DNA of 63,755 bases, the filler included, from Octopus bimaculoides (Eukaryota): NCBI RefSeq assembly GCF_001194135.2. It is 8 parts of 6 records of this genome, joined end to end, with 100 filler letters (N's around TTAATTAATTAA, not from the genome) between each part and the next. Parts side by side here need not be neighbours in the genome. Positions count along the whole stretch, not along the records: positions 14,753 to 35,043 come from NC_069003.1; positions 35,144 to 41,934 come from NC_068985.1; 6 more parts are not named here. The stretch is one strand, 5' to 3'. The notes below the pieces were generated by a model. It did no database searches. It was not told where the DNA came from and worked only from the letters and a program-made list of their open reading frames with translations. This document shows positions 23,343-36,258 of the stretch, piece by piece (position 1 is the first letter of the stretch; every line of letters starts with the position of its first letter). The translations under genes and the position numbers were made by a program.

Positions 23343-24336
23343 ATATTATTCCTACATTTAATGAAAGTTTATTCCTATCTTCACTAAACTGCAATGAATA
23401 TGTTCTCATCTTTAATAAATTATCATAAACATTATTCCTAGATTTCATAAACTATACAATCTACTTTTATATTTAACACAATAAATATTTTATTCCTAAA
23501 TCTAAATAAATTATAATACACACTTAATTCTTAAATTTAATAACATTATTAATATATATATATTGACATTAANNNNNNNNNNNNNNNNNNNNNNNNNNNN
23601 NNNNNNNNNNNNNNNNNNNNNNNNNNNNNNNNNNNNNNNNNNNNNNNNNNNNNNNNNNNNNNNNNNNNNNNNNNNNNNNNNNNNNNNNNNNNNNNNNNNN
23701 NNNNNNNNNNNNNNNNNNNNNNNNNNNNNNNNNNNNNNNNNNNNNNNNNNNNNNNNNNNNNNNNNNNNNNNNNNNNNNNNNNNNNNNNNNNNNNNNNNNN
23801 NNNNNNNNNNNNNNNNNNNNNNNNNNNNNNNNNNNNNNNNNNNNNNNNNNNNNNNNNNNNNNNNNNNNNNNNNNNNNNNNNNNNNNNNNNNNNNNNNNNN
23901 NNNNNNNNNNNNNNNNNNNNNNNNNNNNNNNNNNNNNNNNNNNNNNNNNNNNNNNNNNNNNNNNNNNNNNNNNNNNNNNNNNNNNNNNNNNNNNNNNNNN
24001 NNNNTGGGTGGGTGGGTGAGAAGGACTGTGTCTTTGCTGATTGGTTGTTTTGCGAGGTTTCTCGGTCAGTTCACGACAGCAAATGCACCAACAACAACAG
24101 CAAAATTTTTACTAGACAACAAGGTAAACTCTAAGCCAGAGTTTTTTGTGTGTATGTGTGTGTTGCGTGTGTGTGTGGGGGGGATAATGTTTCAGTAAAG
24201 AAGGCAGGGAGGGGCGGAAATTACGTGTACATGAGAACCTAAAGGATCATATTTCTAAGAAGAAAAATACAGTGAATCTTCAATTTCTGTAATTTATGAT
24301 TTTATATTAAACAATGTTTAAGTACAATTTGCAACT

Positions 24337-24367
<31 letters not shown>

Positions 24368-24520
24368 GTTCACTTTTTTTTGCAACGTCCTGTACCCAGA
24401 TATGCATCTATATATACATGTAGATGTAGGTATGTACATACATGTACGTATATATGCATATACTCCCATATTATTTGTATTATATATATGCATGCATGTA
24501 TGTATGTATGTATGTATGTA

Positions 24521-24558
<38 letters not shown>

Positions 24559-26539
24559 TGAAGGCGTATGGTTTAGCGGTTAGGGTGTTATACTCACGAT
24601 TGCGTACATCGTGGGTTCAATTCCCAGACCGAGCGTTGAGTTGTGTTCTTGAGCAAAGCACTTCATTTCACGTTGCTCTGCTATACATGGAGCACCTGTA
24701 TAGGTAATGTCGATGAGAGCTTATGTGAACACAAGCATTTGATCATTGTAAACAAATCGAGTGTAGGACAAAAGCCCCATAGTTTAAATGTGAAAGTGGA
24801 CAAAAGCCCCACGGTTATACTTTTCGATTATTTTTTCGTTTTTTTTTTACCCTTTTACTTGTTTCAGTCATTAGACTGCGGCCATGCTGGGGCACCGCCT
24901 CAAAGAATTTTTAGTCGAATGTAACGACCCCAGAATTCTTTTTAATGATTTTCAACCAGCGCATGAAGTTAGGCCTAGAAGGTATCCCCCCACGCTAGAA
25001 ATAACAACCAAATCTCTTGAAATTTTTTAATAATGCCCCTCGGTTTTTTTTTTATTTTCTAAAAATCTTTTTACTTGTTTCAGTCATTGGACTACGGCCA
25101 TGCTGGGGCACCAGCTTGAAGAATTTAAAGTCTTTTGATTTANNNNNNNNNNNNNNNNNNNNNNNNNNNNNNNNNNNNNNNNNNNNNNNNNNNNNNNNNN
25201 NNNNNNNNNNNNNNNNNNNNNNNNNNNNNNNNNNNNNNNNNNNNNNNNNNNNNNNNNNNNNNNNNNNNNNNNNNNNNNNNNNNNNNNNNNNNNNNNNNNN
25301 NNNNNNNNNNNNNNNNNNNNNNNNTTTGTGAAGAAAAAAACATATCAGAGATATGTGTAATATTTACTTTCATTTAATGGTGTGTATATTGTCATTCAGA
25401 TGTACTTCTGATCGTTTTTATGTTTCTACACATTTCTTGAAGTAAATGCTTTCCTTTTTGTTAGAATTCAGACAATATGTACATTGAGTAGTAAAGAGTC
25501 TTGTGTTGTTATTCTGTTATTGATGTTAAGGTTGATTTATTTTCATTTTCAAACTTTAAAATTATTCTAAAAACGAGGAAAATAATTGAAACACGGAACA
25601 TAGCATTGTGAGGAACATAGATGTTTTGACACCGTTTTTCGATTGAATATATTTTGTTTATTTAAAAATTGGAATTTTGGAAAACATTTTTTTTTTTTAC
25701 AACTGCGATTTCCGTTTTTGTTTACGTGAAATTATAAAAATAATTTGCAAGATTTGACTGATATTTCTAGCATGTGGAGAGTCCTTCTAGGCTTAAATTT
25801 ATGTGCTGGTTGAAAATCACCTACCAAAGATTCTGGGGTTAATACATTCGACTAAAAATTCCTCAAGGTGGTGCTCCAGTATGGCCTCAGTCTAATGACT
25901 GCAACAAGTAAAAAGAAAAACAAAAATGAATCATATCACAGAAGTAGTTTTGATCAGACTTAAAAAAAAATTCTGGGTTCCATACAGCTATCTAAAAATT
26001 CTTCAAGGTGGCGCCCCAGCATGGCCGACCGCAGTCTAATAACTGCAAGTAAAAATTCTGAAAACGAAAAAATAACCGAAAAATATAACCGTGGGCTTTT
26101 GTCCTCGGAGGTTTTTATTCGGATAAAACGCATAAAAGAATATATATATTGCTGACGTCATAAGAATTTTTGTAAACTTTCGAGAGAACGTGAAATGAAT
26201 TTTTTTAAACATTGGATCTCGAAGCCCATTATATAAAGCTATAAATAATAGCAAGTTAATATTAGATTGAAAACCCTTTGAACGCTGTAAATATAAATTA
26301 TTTCGTGGCTGAAGTTCGTACTTCAATGATAAACAATTGGGAACTATATTTTGATTAAAAAAATATATTAAAATTGGAATTCATAAGAATTTTCTAGACA
26401 TAACAGACTTTAATAATCGCTTTTTGTGAAAGGTATATAATTCCAACTACATAGTTAGGAAGTAGGTTTATTATAGCATATAGAGCTATGTCGTTTCTTT
26501 ATATTGCTTTTCTATATGCAAAACGTTTCCTAGGATTAT

Positions 26540-26908
26540 ATTTCCCCATCAGCCATTATAATTATTCTGCGATCAATGCTGCTACGAATGGCCCGAAATG
26601 TGAAATGGCAGCAACATATGACAAACGAATGTCTTTATGGAGACCTGCCGAGCAGATCATGCAAAAACGGCAGCCGTTATCTGATCACTGCGTTTACCAC
26701 CCTGAACTGGAAGCATCCAAATTAATCTTGTGGAACCCACTTCATGGTAATGTAAAAAGAGAAAAACGTCGTCACACTTCCATGGACAACTTGATTGCAG
26801 ACCCTGGCCTGGAATGTATCCAGGACCTCAGGGCAGTGATGAATCAAGAAGTGTTGCGGATGGACTCTGTTGCTGCGGTCCGAGTTGGAACCCGGCCATA
26901 ATAATAAG
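26540..26908 (+). mobile_element. 3'-end fragment of RTE-X-like LINE with (TAA) tail
   Basis: Translates QKRQPLSDHCVYHPELEASKLILWNPLHG..RHTSMDNL..VRVGTRP** and ends in ccataataataag. Confidence 0.7.
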
Positions 26909-27838
26909 TTTGTGTATGTATCAGTGGTGGCACTTATATAAAATTAGTGGGGGTGTTGCTTCAGAAATTTTTTAGTCGTTGTTTTAATATTGTGTAAAAG
27001 GGAACAAACATATAAAAAGAAAATTTATACACAAACTTGATCGGTTCGCGTTTTAGCCACTGCCGAGTAGTGTGTTTAATTTGTTCACTGAACATCGCTG
27101 CGAATTCCCCCTTGTTTTAAAAAAAACAAACCTAAATCACAAAATGAGGGGGAAAAATCTGCCCTGTTTTTCAAATCCTGGCAGCAACACTGTAGCTGGA
27201 AGCAGGATAATAATCTAATTCTATACTTTATCACATTCAAGAATATAAACATGTTTTTAAACACAACACACACAGAGTCAAAAAGAAACACTACCTTTCA
27301 CCATTACATCAGGGTCAGCACTCTCTTAGCCTAGCGTGTAGCTTCCTATCTCAGACATGTGAGCATGCGCACAACAGCCACACATTGCGTCGCTGGAACT
27401 GTGAAGCGCACAGTTCTATGCAAGGAATTTTGTACTTTTTTCATAAACTAGGAGATGGCTACTGACATTAAGCTTAAGGATTATATAAAGTACAAGTATA
27501 AAGAAAGAATTAAAGAAAAAGAGGTCTCATTATATTGAATGTTATCGATAATATCGATTGGAAATAAGGGATGCTTTAGTTCCGCAGTGCCCATACACGG
27601 GCTGCCACTGGTGTGTATGTGTATGTGCCTGTCAGTCCTTCCACAGCGCTTGACAACCGGTGTTGGTTTGTTCATGTCTCCACAATTTAGTGGTTCGACA
27701 AAAGACACCGATAGAACAAGTTACTAACTTAAAAGAAAGAAGAAAAAAAACTGAAATACAGGAGTCTCTCCGTTTAACTGAACTCTTCGTGGAGGTGCCC
27801 CAGCATGGCCACAGTCAAATGCCTGACACACACAAAAG

Positions 27839-27870
<32 letters not shown>

Positions 27871-30518
27871 NNNNNNNNNNNNNNNNNNNNNNNNNNNNNN
27901 NNNNNNNNNNNNNNNNNNNNNNNNNNNNNNNNNNNNNNNNNNNNNNNNNNNNNNNNNNNNNNNNNNNNNNNNNNNNNNNNNNNNNNNNNNNNNNNNNNNN
28001 NNNNNNNNNNNNNNNNNNNNNNNNNNNNNNNNNNNNNNNNNNNNNNNNNNNNNNNNNNNNNNNNNNNNNNNNNNNNNNNNNNNNNNNNNNNNNNNNNNNN
28101 NNNNNNNNNNNNNNNNNNNNNNNNNNNNNNNNNNNNNNNNNNNNNNNNNNNNNNNNNNNNNNNNNNNNNNNNNNNNNNNNNNNNNNNNNNNNNNNNNNNN
28201 NNNNNNNNNNNNNNNNNNNNNNNNNNNNNNNNNNNNNNNNNNNNNNNNNNNNNNNNNNNNNNNNNNNNNNNNNNNNNNNNNNNNNNNNNNNNNNNNNNNN
28301 NNNNNNNNNNNNNNNNNNNNNNNNNNNNNNNNNNNNNNNNNNNNNNNNNNNNNNNNNNNNNNNNNNNNNNNNNNNNNNNNNNNNNNNNNNNNNNNNNNNN
28401 NNNNNNNNNNNNNNNNNNNNNNNNNNNNNNNNNNNNNNNNNNNNNNNNNNNNNNNNNNNNNNNNNNNNNNNNNNNNNNNNNNNNNNNNNNNNNNNNNNNN
28501 NNNNNNNNNNNNNNNNNNNNNNNNNNNNNNNNNNNNNNNNNNNNNNNNGTCCTTCCACAGCGCTTGACAACCGGTGTTGGTTTGTTCATGTCTCCACAAT
28601 TTAGTGGTTCGACAAAAGACACCGATAGAACAAGTTACTAACTTAAAAGAAAGAAGAAAAAAAACTGAAATACAGGAGTCTCTCCGTTTAACTGAACTCT
28701 TCGTGGAGGTGCCCCAGCATGGTCGCAGTCAAATGACTGAAACAAGTAAAAGGTAAGATTGCGGTGGTTATTAGTGTTGTTATCGATGTTTTTGTTGTTA
28801 CTGTTGAGGCCCAGGAGGGTGGTGGGCCAGCAGAATCGTTAGCGCATCGAACAAAATGCTTAGCGGCATTTTTCTCAATTCTTTACCTTCACAATTCATT
28901 TTCCGCCGAGGTCGAGTTTGCTTTTCACCTTTTCGAAGTCGATAAAATGAAGCACCAGTGAGACACTAGGGTATTGCAGGCCTTGTGCCAAATTTTGAAA
29001 CCAAAAAGGTGACGAGCTGGCACAATCGTTGTTGCGTTGAGCAAAAAAAAAAAATGCTTATCGTGTACCTTTTTGCTGCTGTAGCGACCCTACGAAGGTC
29101 AACTGAGCGAGCAGATCCATCTATGGCCATCCAATCTTTTTTCCTATATGGAGAGAATACGCCACCATATCTACTTTCTGAAGAGGGTATAGAATGTCAT
29201 GTGAGAGGGATGTGTGTCAGCAGAGGACCGGGATAGGTAGACGAAGAGGTGAGCTAATTAAAAGGTTAAGGACCTTAAATATATTTATTTTCATTACTCA
29301 ACAAGAGGTGAAGGACGTGGAGAAGTAGGAGGTAGCTATGTACTTACCGACAAACACTTCCCCCCCTCCTTCCTCACACTGCTGCTCTACGTCTTTCCCC
29401 TCATCCCTAGCTTATCTTCTTACTATTGTTGTTCCTCATATAGTTACTCTTTCTTCTGTTCCTACTACTGCTGATCCTCTTCGTATTCTCCTCCTCCTAC
29501 CTTCATTCTCCACCCTCCTCCTCTTGCCTTGTTTTTCCTACTCTACTGCTGCTCTTCAAATTGCTACTTCCCTCCTCCTCATCTTAATATCATCACTGTT
29601 CCCCCGTCTCCTTCTTTTCCTGCATCACCTCCTTCTCACCCCCTCCCTTGTTGTTTACATCTCTGCAACAACATGAATTTCTCTTCTTGTGTTTCGTAAC
29701 GACGCACGTGGTTCCTGGCTCGAATCACACGTCTACAGCACCCCAAACAACGTGAGCCCAGCAACATTAAAACTGAAACATAACCCTCCTCTTACGTCTA
29801 ATGACTCTACTACCGCCTGTGGTGGCGATGGTGGCGTGTGAATTCGAAATCAACATTAAAAAATTATATTAAGTACTCCCAAAATATTAATAGTAATACA
29901 TGTTTTATATAAGTTGTTCACTCACATTCCTTGTGTGCTTGTTATCTGTGTGTGTGTGTGTGTGTGTGAATGTGTGAGTGTATTGTGCGTGCCTGTGTGT
30001 TGTATTTGTGTGCCGTGCTCTCTTACGGCTTAAACACACTTGACCGTTGCTTGAGGGCCTACGGAGTTAAGGGCCCCCAGATCTACATATACTGTCAATA
30101 AATAAGTACTATAGGGGCTCAGTGCATTGATTTGTTCAGGTGTAGTGGGGCTATAATGCTAGTGAGATGGCCCTAGTGTGTGTTGTATATATGTATGTAT
30201 TGAGCACGTTTGTGTGGTATGTGTGCTGTATATGTGTGTTGTATGTATGAATGAGTTGTGTGTGTGTATGTGTTTGTGTGTATAGCTTATTTTAGCCCTG
30301 AGTCAAGTCTAGTCTCGAGCATGACCTGTGATCAAACAAATTACAGACGATAAACTTATCGTCTGTTTGTTTATTGTTAAACTAACAATGTCCAGTTTGT
30401 TTTAACATTTCTGGAAACGATTGGGTGAAAATTGAAGGTTACTTAGTTACTATTTCTAACGGGTTGAATCCATCACATGCGTTTTTCTCTTTGGGTGTGT
30501 GTACATACATTTCCATTA

Positions 30519-30591
30519 GCTTACAACTGTTTCTGCTATAAGAAGCATTGAACTTAGAGCTTATGCAATATCCTAATAGCATCCTCAGAGC
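30519..30591 (-). ncRNA. Type-I hammerhead ribozyme motif (left arm of an inverted pair)
   Basis: gct-CUGAGGA-stem II tgctat/atagca-GAAA-near-palindromic stem III acagttgt-GUA triplet-agc. The U10.1-A11.1 closing pair is atypical. Confidence 0.6.
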
Positions 30592-30639
30592 CATTAAAAT
30601 GAAATCTTTTTAATGGCTCTGATGAGGCTATAGGATATT

Positions 30640-30768
30640 CTTTTCTACGCTAGGCACAAGGCCCGAAATTTTGGGGGAGGGGCCAGTCGATTAGATCGAC
30701 CCAGTACGCAACTGGTACTTAATTTATCGAGCCCGATAGGATGAAAGGCAAAGTCGACCTCGGCGGAA
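30640..30768 (-). mobile_element. 5'-truncated SINE family B inserted into stem II of a hammerhead motif, 16-bp TSD
   Basis: Identical TSD gaggctataggatatt at 30624-30639 and 30769-30784. The insert is the reverse complement of the family-B 3' half. Confidence 0.9.
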
Positions 30769-31168
30769 GAGGCTATAGGATATTGCAGAAGCACTCAGCT
30801 CTGACTGCACGGCTTCTTATAGCAGAAACAGCCATAAACTAATGAAGGTGTTTACGTAACTCCTGTCCTTTTGTCATTCCTACATATCTTCTTTTTTCCT
30901 TTTGTTTTACGTATTTTAGTCATTACACTGGAACCATGCTGGGGTCCCGCCTATAGAATTTGGTACTTTTTGGTTATCTCACCCCCATTAAAAGATCGAG
31001 TTAATATGGCGACAAGAGATTGGATTAAAATAGTTAGATCCTTTTGATTCAATACTTCAACACACTGTTAACGTTTGGCCTCCTCAATAGGCATGGTATG
31101 ATTTACAGTTCTATATTTAAGAGATGAGAAATTATGTACATTATTTACATTTGACAGATATTTGTCCT

Positions 31169-31281
31169 CATCTGGTTTGTTGTTAACATAACGTTTTGGC
31201 AGATATACCCTCCAGCCTTCACCAAGTGTCTTGGAGAAATTTCGAACCTGGGTTCTCATTCCTAAGGTATTTTTCGATGTT

Positions 31282-31342
<61 letters not shown>

Positions 31343-31451
31343 TCGAAAAATACCTTAGGAATGAGAACCCAGGTTCGAAATTTCCGCAAGACACCTGATG
31401 AAGACTGGAGGATATATCAGCCGAAACGTTGTGTTAACAACAAACCAGATG
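31169..31451. repeat. About 115-bp inverted repeat around an (AAT)n spacer; Penelope pLTR-like
   Basis: 31169-31283 versus reverse complement of 31337-31451. The right arm runs into a gap. Confidence 0.9.
31390..31435 (+). ncRNA. Minimal type-I hammerhead ribozyme motif
   Basis: acac-CUGAUGA(31395-31401)-A-stem II g(a)ctg/cag(c)c-GAAA-acgt palindrome-GUU-gtgt. The mirror copy in the left arm has a mutated core (ttggtga, aaaa). Confidence 0.75.
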
Positions 31452-31838
31452 NNNNNNNNNNNNNNNNNNNNNNNNNNNNNNNNNNNNNNNNNNNNNNNNN
31501 NNNNNNNNNNNNNNNNNNNNNNNNNNNNNNNNNNNNNNNNNNNNNNNNNNNNNNNNNNNNNNNNNNNNNNNNNNNNNNNNNNNNNNNNNNNNNNNNNNNN
31601 NNNNNNNNNNNNNNNNNNNNNNNNNNNNNNNNNNNNNNNNNNNNNNNNNNNNNNNNAAGATGTTTAATTTTTTCAGTTTTGTATGATTTGTTATAAAAAT
31701 ATTATCACATTCAAAACGATGTTTCATCCTTTCACTTTTTATGTTTATTAATTTTTAAAGTTTAAAAAAAAAATTATTGAGGGTTAAATAATTTTTTTAG
31801 TTGAAGGCGATAACCAAAATGTACCCAGAATTATACTA

Positions 31839-31882
<44 letters not shown>

Positions 31883-32619
31883 ACGTATATTCGCCTTCAT
31901 GTGTATTTGCAGTGACACTGCTTGGGCAGTGGTGATATGGTTGTTTTGCATACGAAATAGAAAAAGAAGTTCGGGCTGCTTGGTAAGTTCAATGTTGCGA
32001 AAACATGTAACAAAAGTACATTAGTTGAAATGTAGGAATCGGTATCAGGAAGAGGTTGTAGCAGTGGAGTACTGTTACTTCAATATGCTTCGTGTAAATC
32101 GCAATAACATGAAGACAAAAAAAAAAAACAAAAAAAAAAGCGTAAAAGCGTTCATGATGATAATGATGATGATGGTTGTGATAGGGATGATGGCGAAGAT
32201 GGCGACAACGATGAAGATGGTGACAACAAATAGTGCAATGACGACGACGACGGTAACAGCAATGATGATGGCGACGATGATGACGATGACAACGATGATC
32301 ATTAAAACTCTAAGATTCCAGATTGATTAAAATTCGGATTAAACTGGCTAGTTTCGTCCTTTTTCTTTTCTTCTTGAAACTTATCAGGGATCGTTTATCT
32401 TACACCGACTTTCTAAATCCCTGAAGTTTATTAACGCAAAGCAACTTATGAGAAATATAAACACGCTAAAGGCCTAGGTACAACTTATTTCCATAATGTT
32501 ACATAGTTGATTAGTTGATAGAAATTTCTTCGCGACAAATACGGTGTGAAGTTAACGGATTCATATGTTTGTCTAAATGTGCATGTGTATATATTTATGT
32601 GTGTGTGTACGTGTGCTTA

Positions 32620-32655
<36 letters not shown>

Positions 32656-32742
32656 TGTATGTATACTTCAAATCTATAGGAAAAAAGCCGAAGATAGGTG
32701 TAGGAAGTGTATTAGTTTGGCACTCGGGAAAAATAGAAAAGT

Positions 32743-32778
32743 CTTTTATGTTTCGAGCCTACGCTCTTCGACAGAAAG
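32743..32778 (-). ncRNA. Hammerhead-like motif with U at core position 6 (CUGUCGA); stem III damaged
   Basis: cttt-CUGUCGA-A-gagc(gtag)gctc-GAAA-cata-aaag. Same family and flanks as 58894-58930. Confidence 0.55.
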
Positions 32779-32796
32779 GAATAAGGGGAAATAAAT

Positions 32797-32839
<43 letters not shown>

Positions 32840-33485
32840 ATGAAAAAAAAAACGTGTTGAGTTCAGTGGTCCAACATGGCGAATGATTGGAAGAAAAGAT
32901 GTTGAATGAAAGGGAGATAATTTGTGGTGATCCCAACAAGAGGGAGTGTGCAAGCGTATGTGTGTATGCGAGAATAGTGTGTGTGTATGTGTGAATGGGG
33001 TGAGTTTGACGTGAGTGTGTTGTGTGTAGCAATTGTTGTGTGCTTTTTCACGTGGTGTGAGCATATGTGTGTGCGTGTGTGTCACTGACCAAATAGTGTG
33101 CATGTGTATCGTATATGTGGGCGAAAGTTATTTTTGTCTATGTGTGTTGCGTGTGTTTATACGTGCGTGTGTGTGTGTATTGTCTGTGTTCAGGTATTAT
33201 GTGCTTGTGTGAGTGTGGGAGTGTGCATGAGGGTGTGAAACTGCTCATATAGTGGTATGTGCAGTGACGGTATTGAAAATTGTGTGTGTGTAGGTGCTGA
33301 GAAGTGTGTGTGGAGTGGGAATATGTTGTGGGTGTGTGTGTAAAAGTGAGTGATGAGTTGAACAGTGTGTATGGGTGTGTGTACAGTGGTGCGTGTGGGT
33401 GAAGGTACCGAGGTGGGCGGTATGCAGGTGTGTAGGTGGACGACGTGTGATTGATGTCAAATGAAGAGAGGAGGTGAGGTTGGTG

Positions 33486-33695
33486 TCAAATGAAGAGAGG
33501 AGGTGAGTTAAGCCCATGTGGAGCAAAGGAATGAAAAGGGAAGATTAATTCTGTTCACAGCGAAGGCGGGAGTCCAGTTGGGCCCTGTGCAGAGACAGTT
33601 CGGACAGAGATAGACGTTGTAGTGAATGACCAGTAGAGCGGAAATGGCACGAGACGAAGGTATCATTGCCGAATCTGATGCCCTGGAGGTCCTCT
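33486..33695 (-). mobile_element. Penelope-like GIY-YIG C-terminal remnant
   Basis: Frame not in the ORF track: EDLQGIRFGNDTFVSCHFRSTGHSL..RLRCEQ (frameshift) LIFPFHSFAPHGLNSPPLFI*. A 28-bp tandem duplication at the stop (33453-33509). Confidence 0.7.
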
Positions 33696-33730
33696 GTCTT
33701 CCTTTTCTCTTGGATTTTCTCCTGTCTCCT

Positions 33731-33764
33731 GTCTCTGGAGAAGAGCTTTGTACGAAACGTAAAA
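33731..33764 (+). ncRNA. Degenerate hammerhead-like motif (CUGGAGA core) inverted relative to the adjacent Penelope ORF
   Basis: ctggaga(33735-33741)-a-gagc..-GAAA-cgta-aaa. The downstream flank (..gagcgtc..ctaatac..tttgttgttta) resembles the flank of the 32743/58894 family. Confidence 0.45.
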
Positions 33765-36187
33765 CCACCTTTCTTTCCTTGAGCGTCTGCTAATACTTTG
33801 CATTTATCACGACCTCGCTTTGTTGTTTATTTCTTGCGTTTGTTCTTCGTTTTTTNNNNNNNNNNNNNNNNNNNNNNNNNNNNNNNNNNNNNNNNNNNNN
33901 NNNNNNNNNNNNNNNNNNNNNNNNNNNNNNNNNNNNNNNNNNNNNNNNNNNNNNNNNNNNNNNNNNNNNNNNNNNNNNNNNNNNNNNNNNNNNNNNNNNN
34001 NNNNNNNNNNNNNNNNNNNNNNNNNNNNNNNNNNNNNNNNNNNNNNNNNNNNNNNNNNNNNNNNNNNNNNNNNNNNNNNNNNNNNNNNNNNNNNNNNNNN
34101 NNNNNNNNNNNNNNNNNNNNNNNNNNNNNNNNNNNNNNNNNNNNNNNNNNNNNNNNNNNNNNNNNNNNNNNNNNNNNNNNNNNNNNNNNNNNNNNNNNNN
34201 NNNNNNNNNNNNNNNNNNNNNNNNNNNNNNNNNNNNNNNNNNNNNNNNNNNNNNNNNNNNNNNNNNNNNNNNNNNNNNNNNNNNNNNNNNNNNNNNNNNN
34301 NNNNNNNNNNNNNNNNNNNNNNNNNNNNNNNNNNNNNNNNNNNNNNNNTATATATATATATATATAAAATATAAATAATATATATAAAATATAAATAATA
34401 TATATATATATATATGCATATATACATACGTATATGTATATACTTACATCTATATCTATATATACATATGTGGGCACAGGACGTCATGAAACATGTACAA
34501 CAAAGAAGTACGAAGCACAAGTACATAGAACATGTACTTTCGAATAACGAAAGATACAAATGGAAAACAAAACAAACATTAGCTTGATTTACGCGTTCGC
34601 CACCACAACCTCGTTTAGGCTTAGCAGCCCTTTCTGTTTGTTTTCACTGTCCTGTCAGTGTTACCCATTTCGACCCTACGTTAAAATCCCAAATTTTGTT
34701 TAATTTGCTTTGCGGGAGCAACTGTTTATCGAAAGTGTATATTGTTGTTAAATGCTTGAAATACGAGACTAGAAAAACAGCCAACAACTGACGAAGGGTC
34801 GTTCTTTATGTTGTTTTGTTTTCCATTTGTGTCTTTCGTTATTTGAAAGAATAGTTCATGTTCCATGCACTTGTGCTTCGTACACGTTGTAGATGCATAT
34901 CTGGGTACAGGCCGTTGCAAAAAACGTGGACAAGATGATAAACAGAGTACAGAAAACACACAGGCCACATAGAGAACATTTCCTTCATCAGCTGCCACCA
35001 TTCTAAAACTAAGCGTTTCGAAGAGTTAGTGCAATATATATATNNNNNNNNNNNNNNNNNNNNNNNNNNNNNNNNNNNNNNNNNNNNTTAATTAATTAAN
35101 NNNNNNNNNNNNNNNNNNNNNNNNNNNNNNNNNNNNNNNNNNNTATATATATATATATATATGTCTTTATGTTTTCGTTTCTCATTGTGTTTAACGTTTT
35201 TTTGTGATGTCCTGTACCCATATATGCATGTATGTATGCATATAAATGTAGGTATGTACATATATGTATGGATATATGCATATGTTTATATATTATTTAT
35301 ACTATTATATGATCGAACGCCACACATCCTTTCCCAAGTAAGTTTTATCTTAATATTACAATGCACACTCTACTACTATTACTATCACTTCCCTGTCTAT
35401 CTCTCTCCCTCTCTTGTTCTTCATCCTTTCTGTTTTTCTCTCCCACCCTTTCCCTATTCTTCTCTCCCTTTCACAGTTCCCTCCCTCTCTCTCACTCTTC
35501 CTCCTTGACTCTCTCGTCGCTGATACGTGACGAAAGGGGATCTTTTTGCTCACTGCCTTCTTATAGAAAAGACGTATTTTTTCTGTCTCTTCTCTCATGC
35601 ACGTTTATCTTAAGCGTTCATAATAATTTTTCTATCGTCTTGACTTAACAGCCCTCACTGTTTGTTTTACTGTCTTGTTCTCACTGTCCTGTTCTTACTG
35701 TTTTTTACTGTTTTGTTCTCACTGTCCTGTTCTTGTTAACACTTTCACCCTCCGCAAAAAATTCCAAATTTTATTTAATTTGCTTTGCGGGAAGGACTGT
35801 TCCAACGAAGTCGCGTATTGTCCTTGCCTTCGAAACGTAGAGTAGGTGGAACAGGGACAACTGACGAAGGGTTATACTCTTTATGTCGCATGTCTCGTTT
35901 CTGTTTTTTTCGTTGTTCGAAAAAAGTTCGTTTTCTGTTTTCGTTTCTCATTGTGTTTAACGTTTTTTTTGTGATGTCCTGTACCCATATATGNNNNNNN
36001 NNNTTAACGTTTTTTTTGTGATGTCCTGTACCCATATATGTATGTATGTATACATATAGATGTAGGTATGTACATATATGTATGGATATACGCATATGTT
36101 TATATATTATTTATACTATTATATGATCGAACGCCACGCATTCTTTCCCAAGTAAGTTTTATCTATCTACCTATCTCTCTCTCTCTT

Positions 36188-36258
<71 letters not shown>

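Noticed and set aside
31169-31451. CRISPR-like or other prokaryotic array/system
   Set aside because: No regularly spaced direct repeats with unique spacers and no operon-like ORFs anywhere; the window is eukaryotic with spliceosomal introns.
35826-35872. GAAA-half preceding CUGA-half as a circularly permuted (type II) hammerhead
   Set aside because: Stem I does not form between the halves and stem II pairing is weak or overlaps the core; better read as two adjacent partial type-I motifs.
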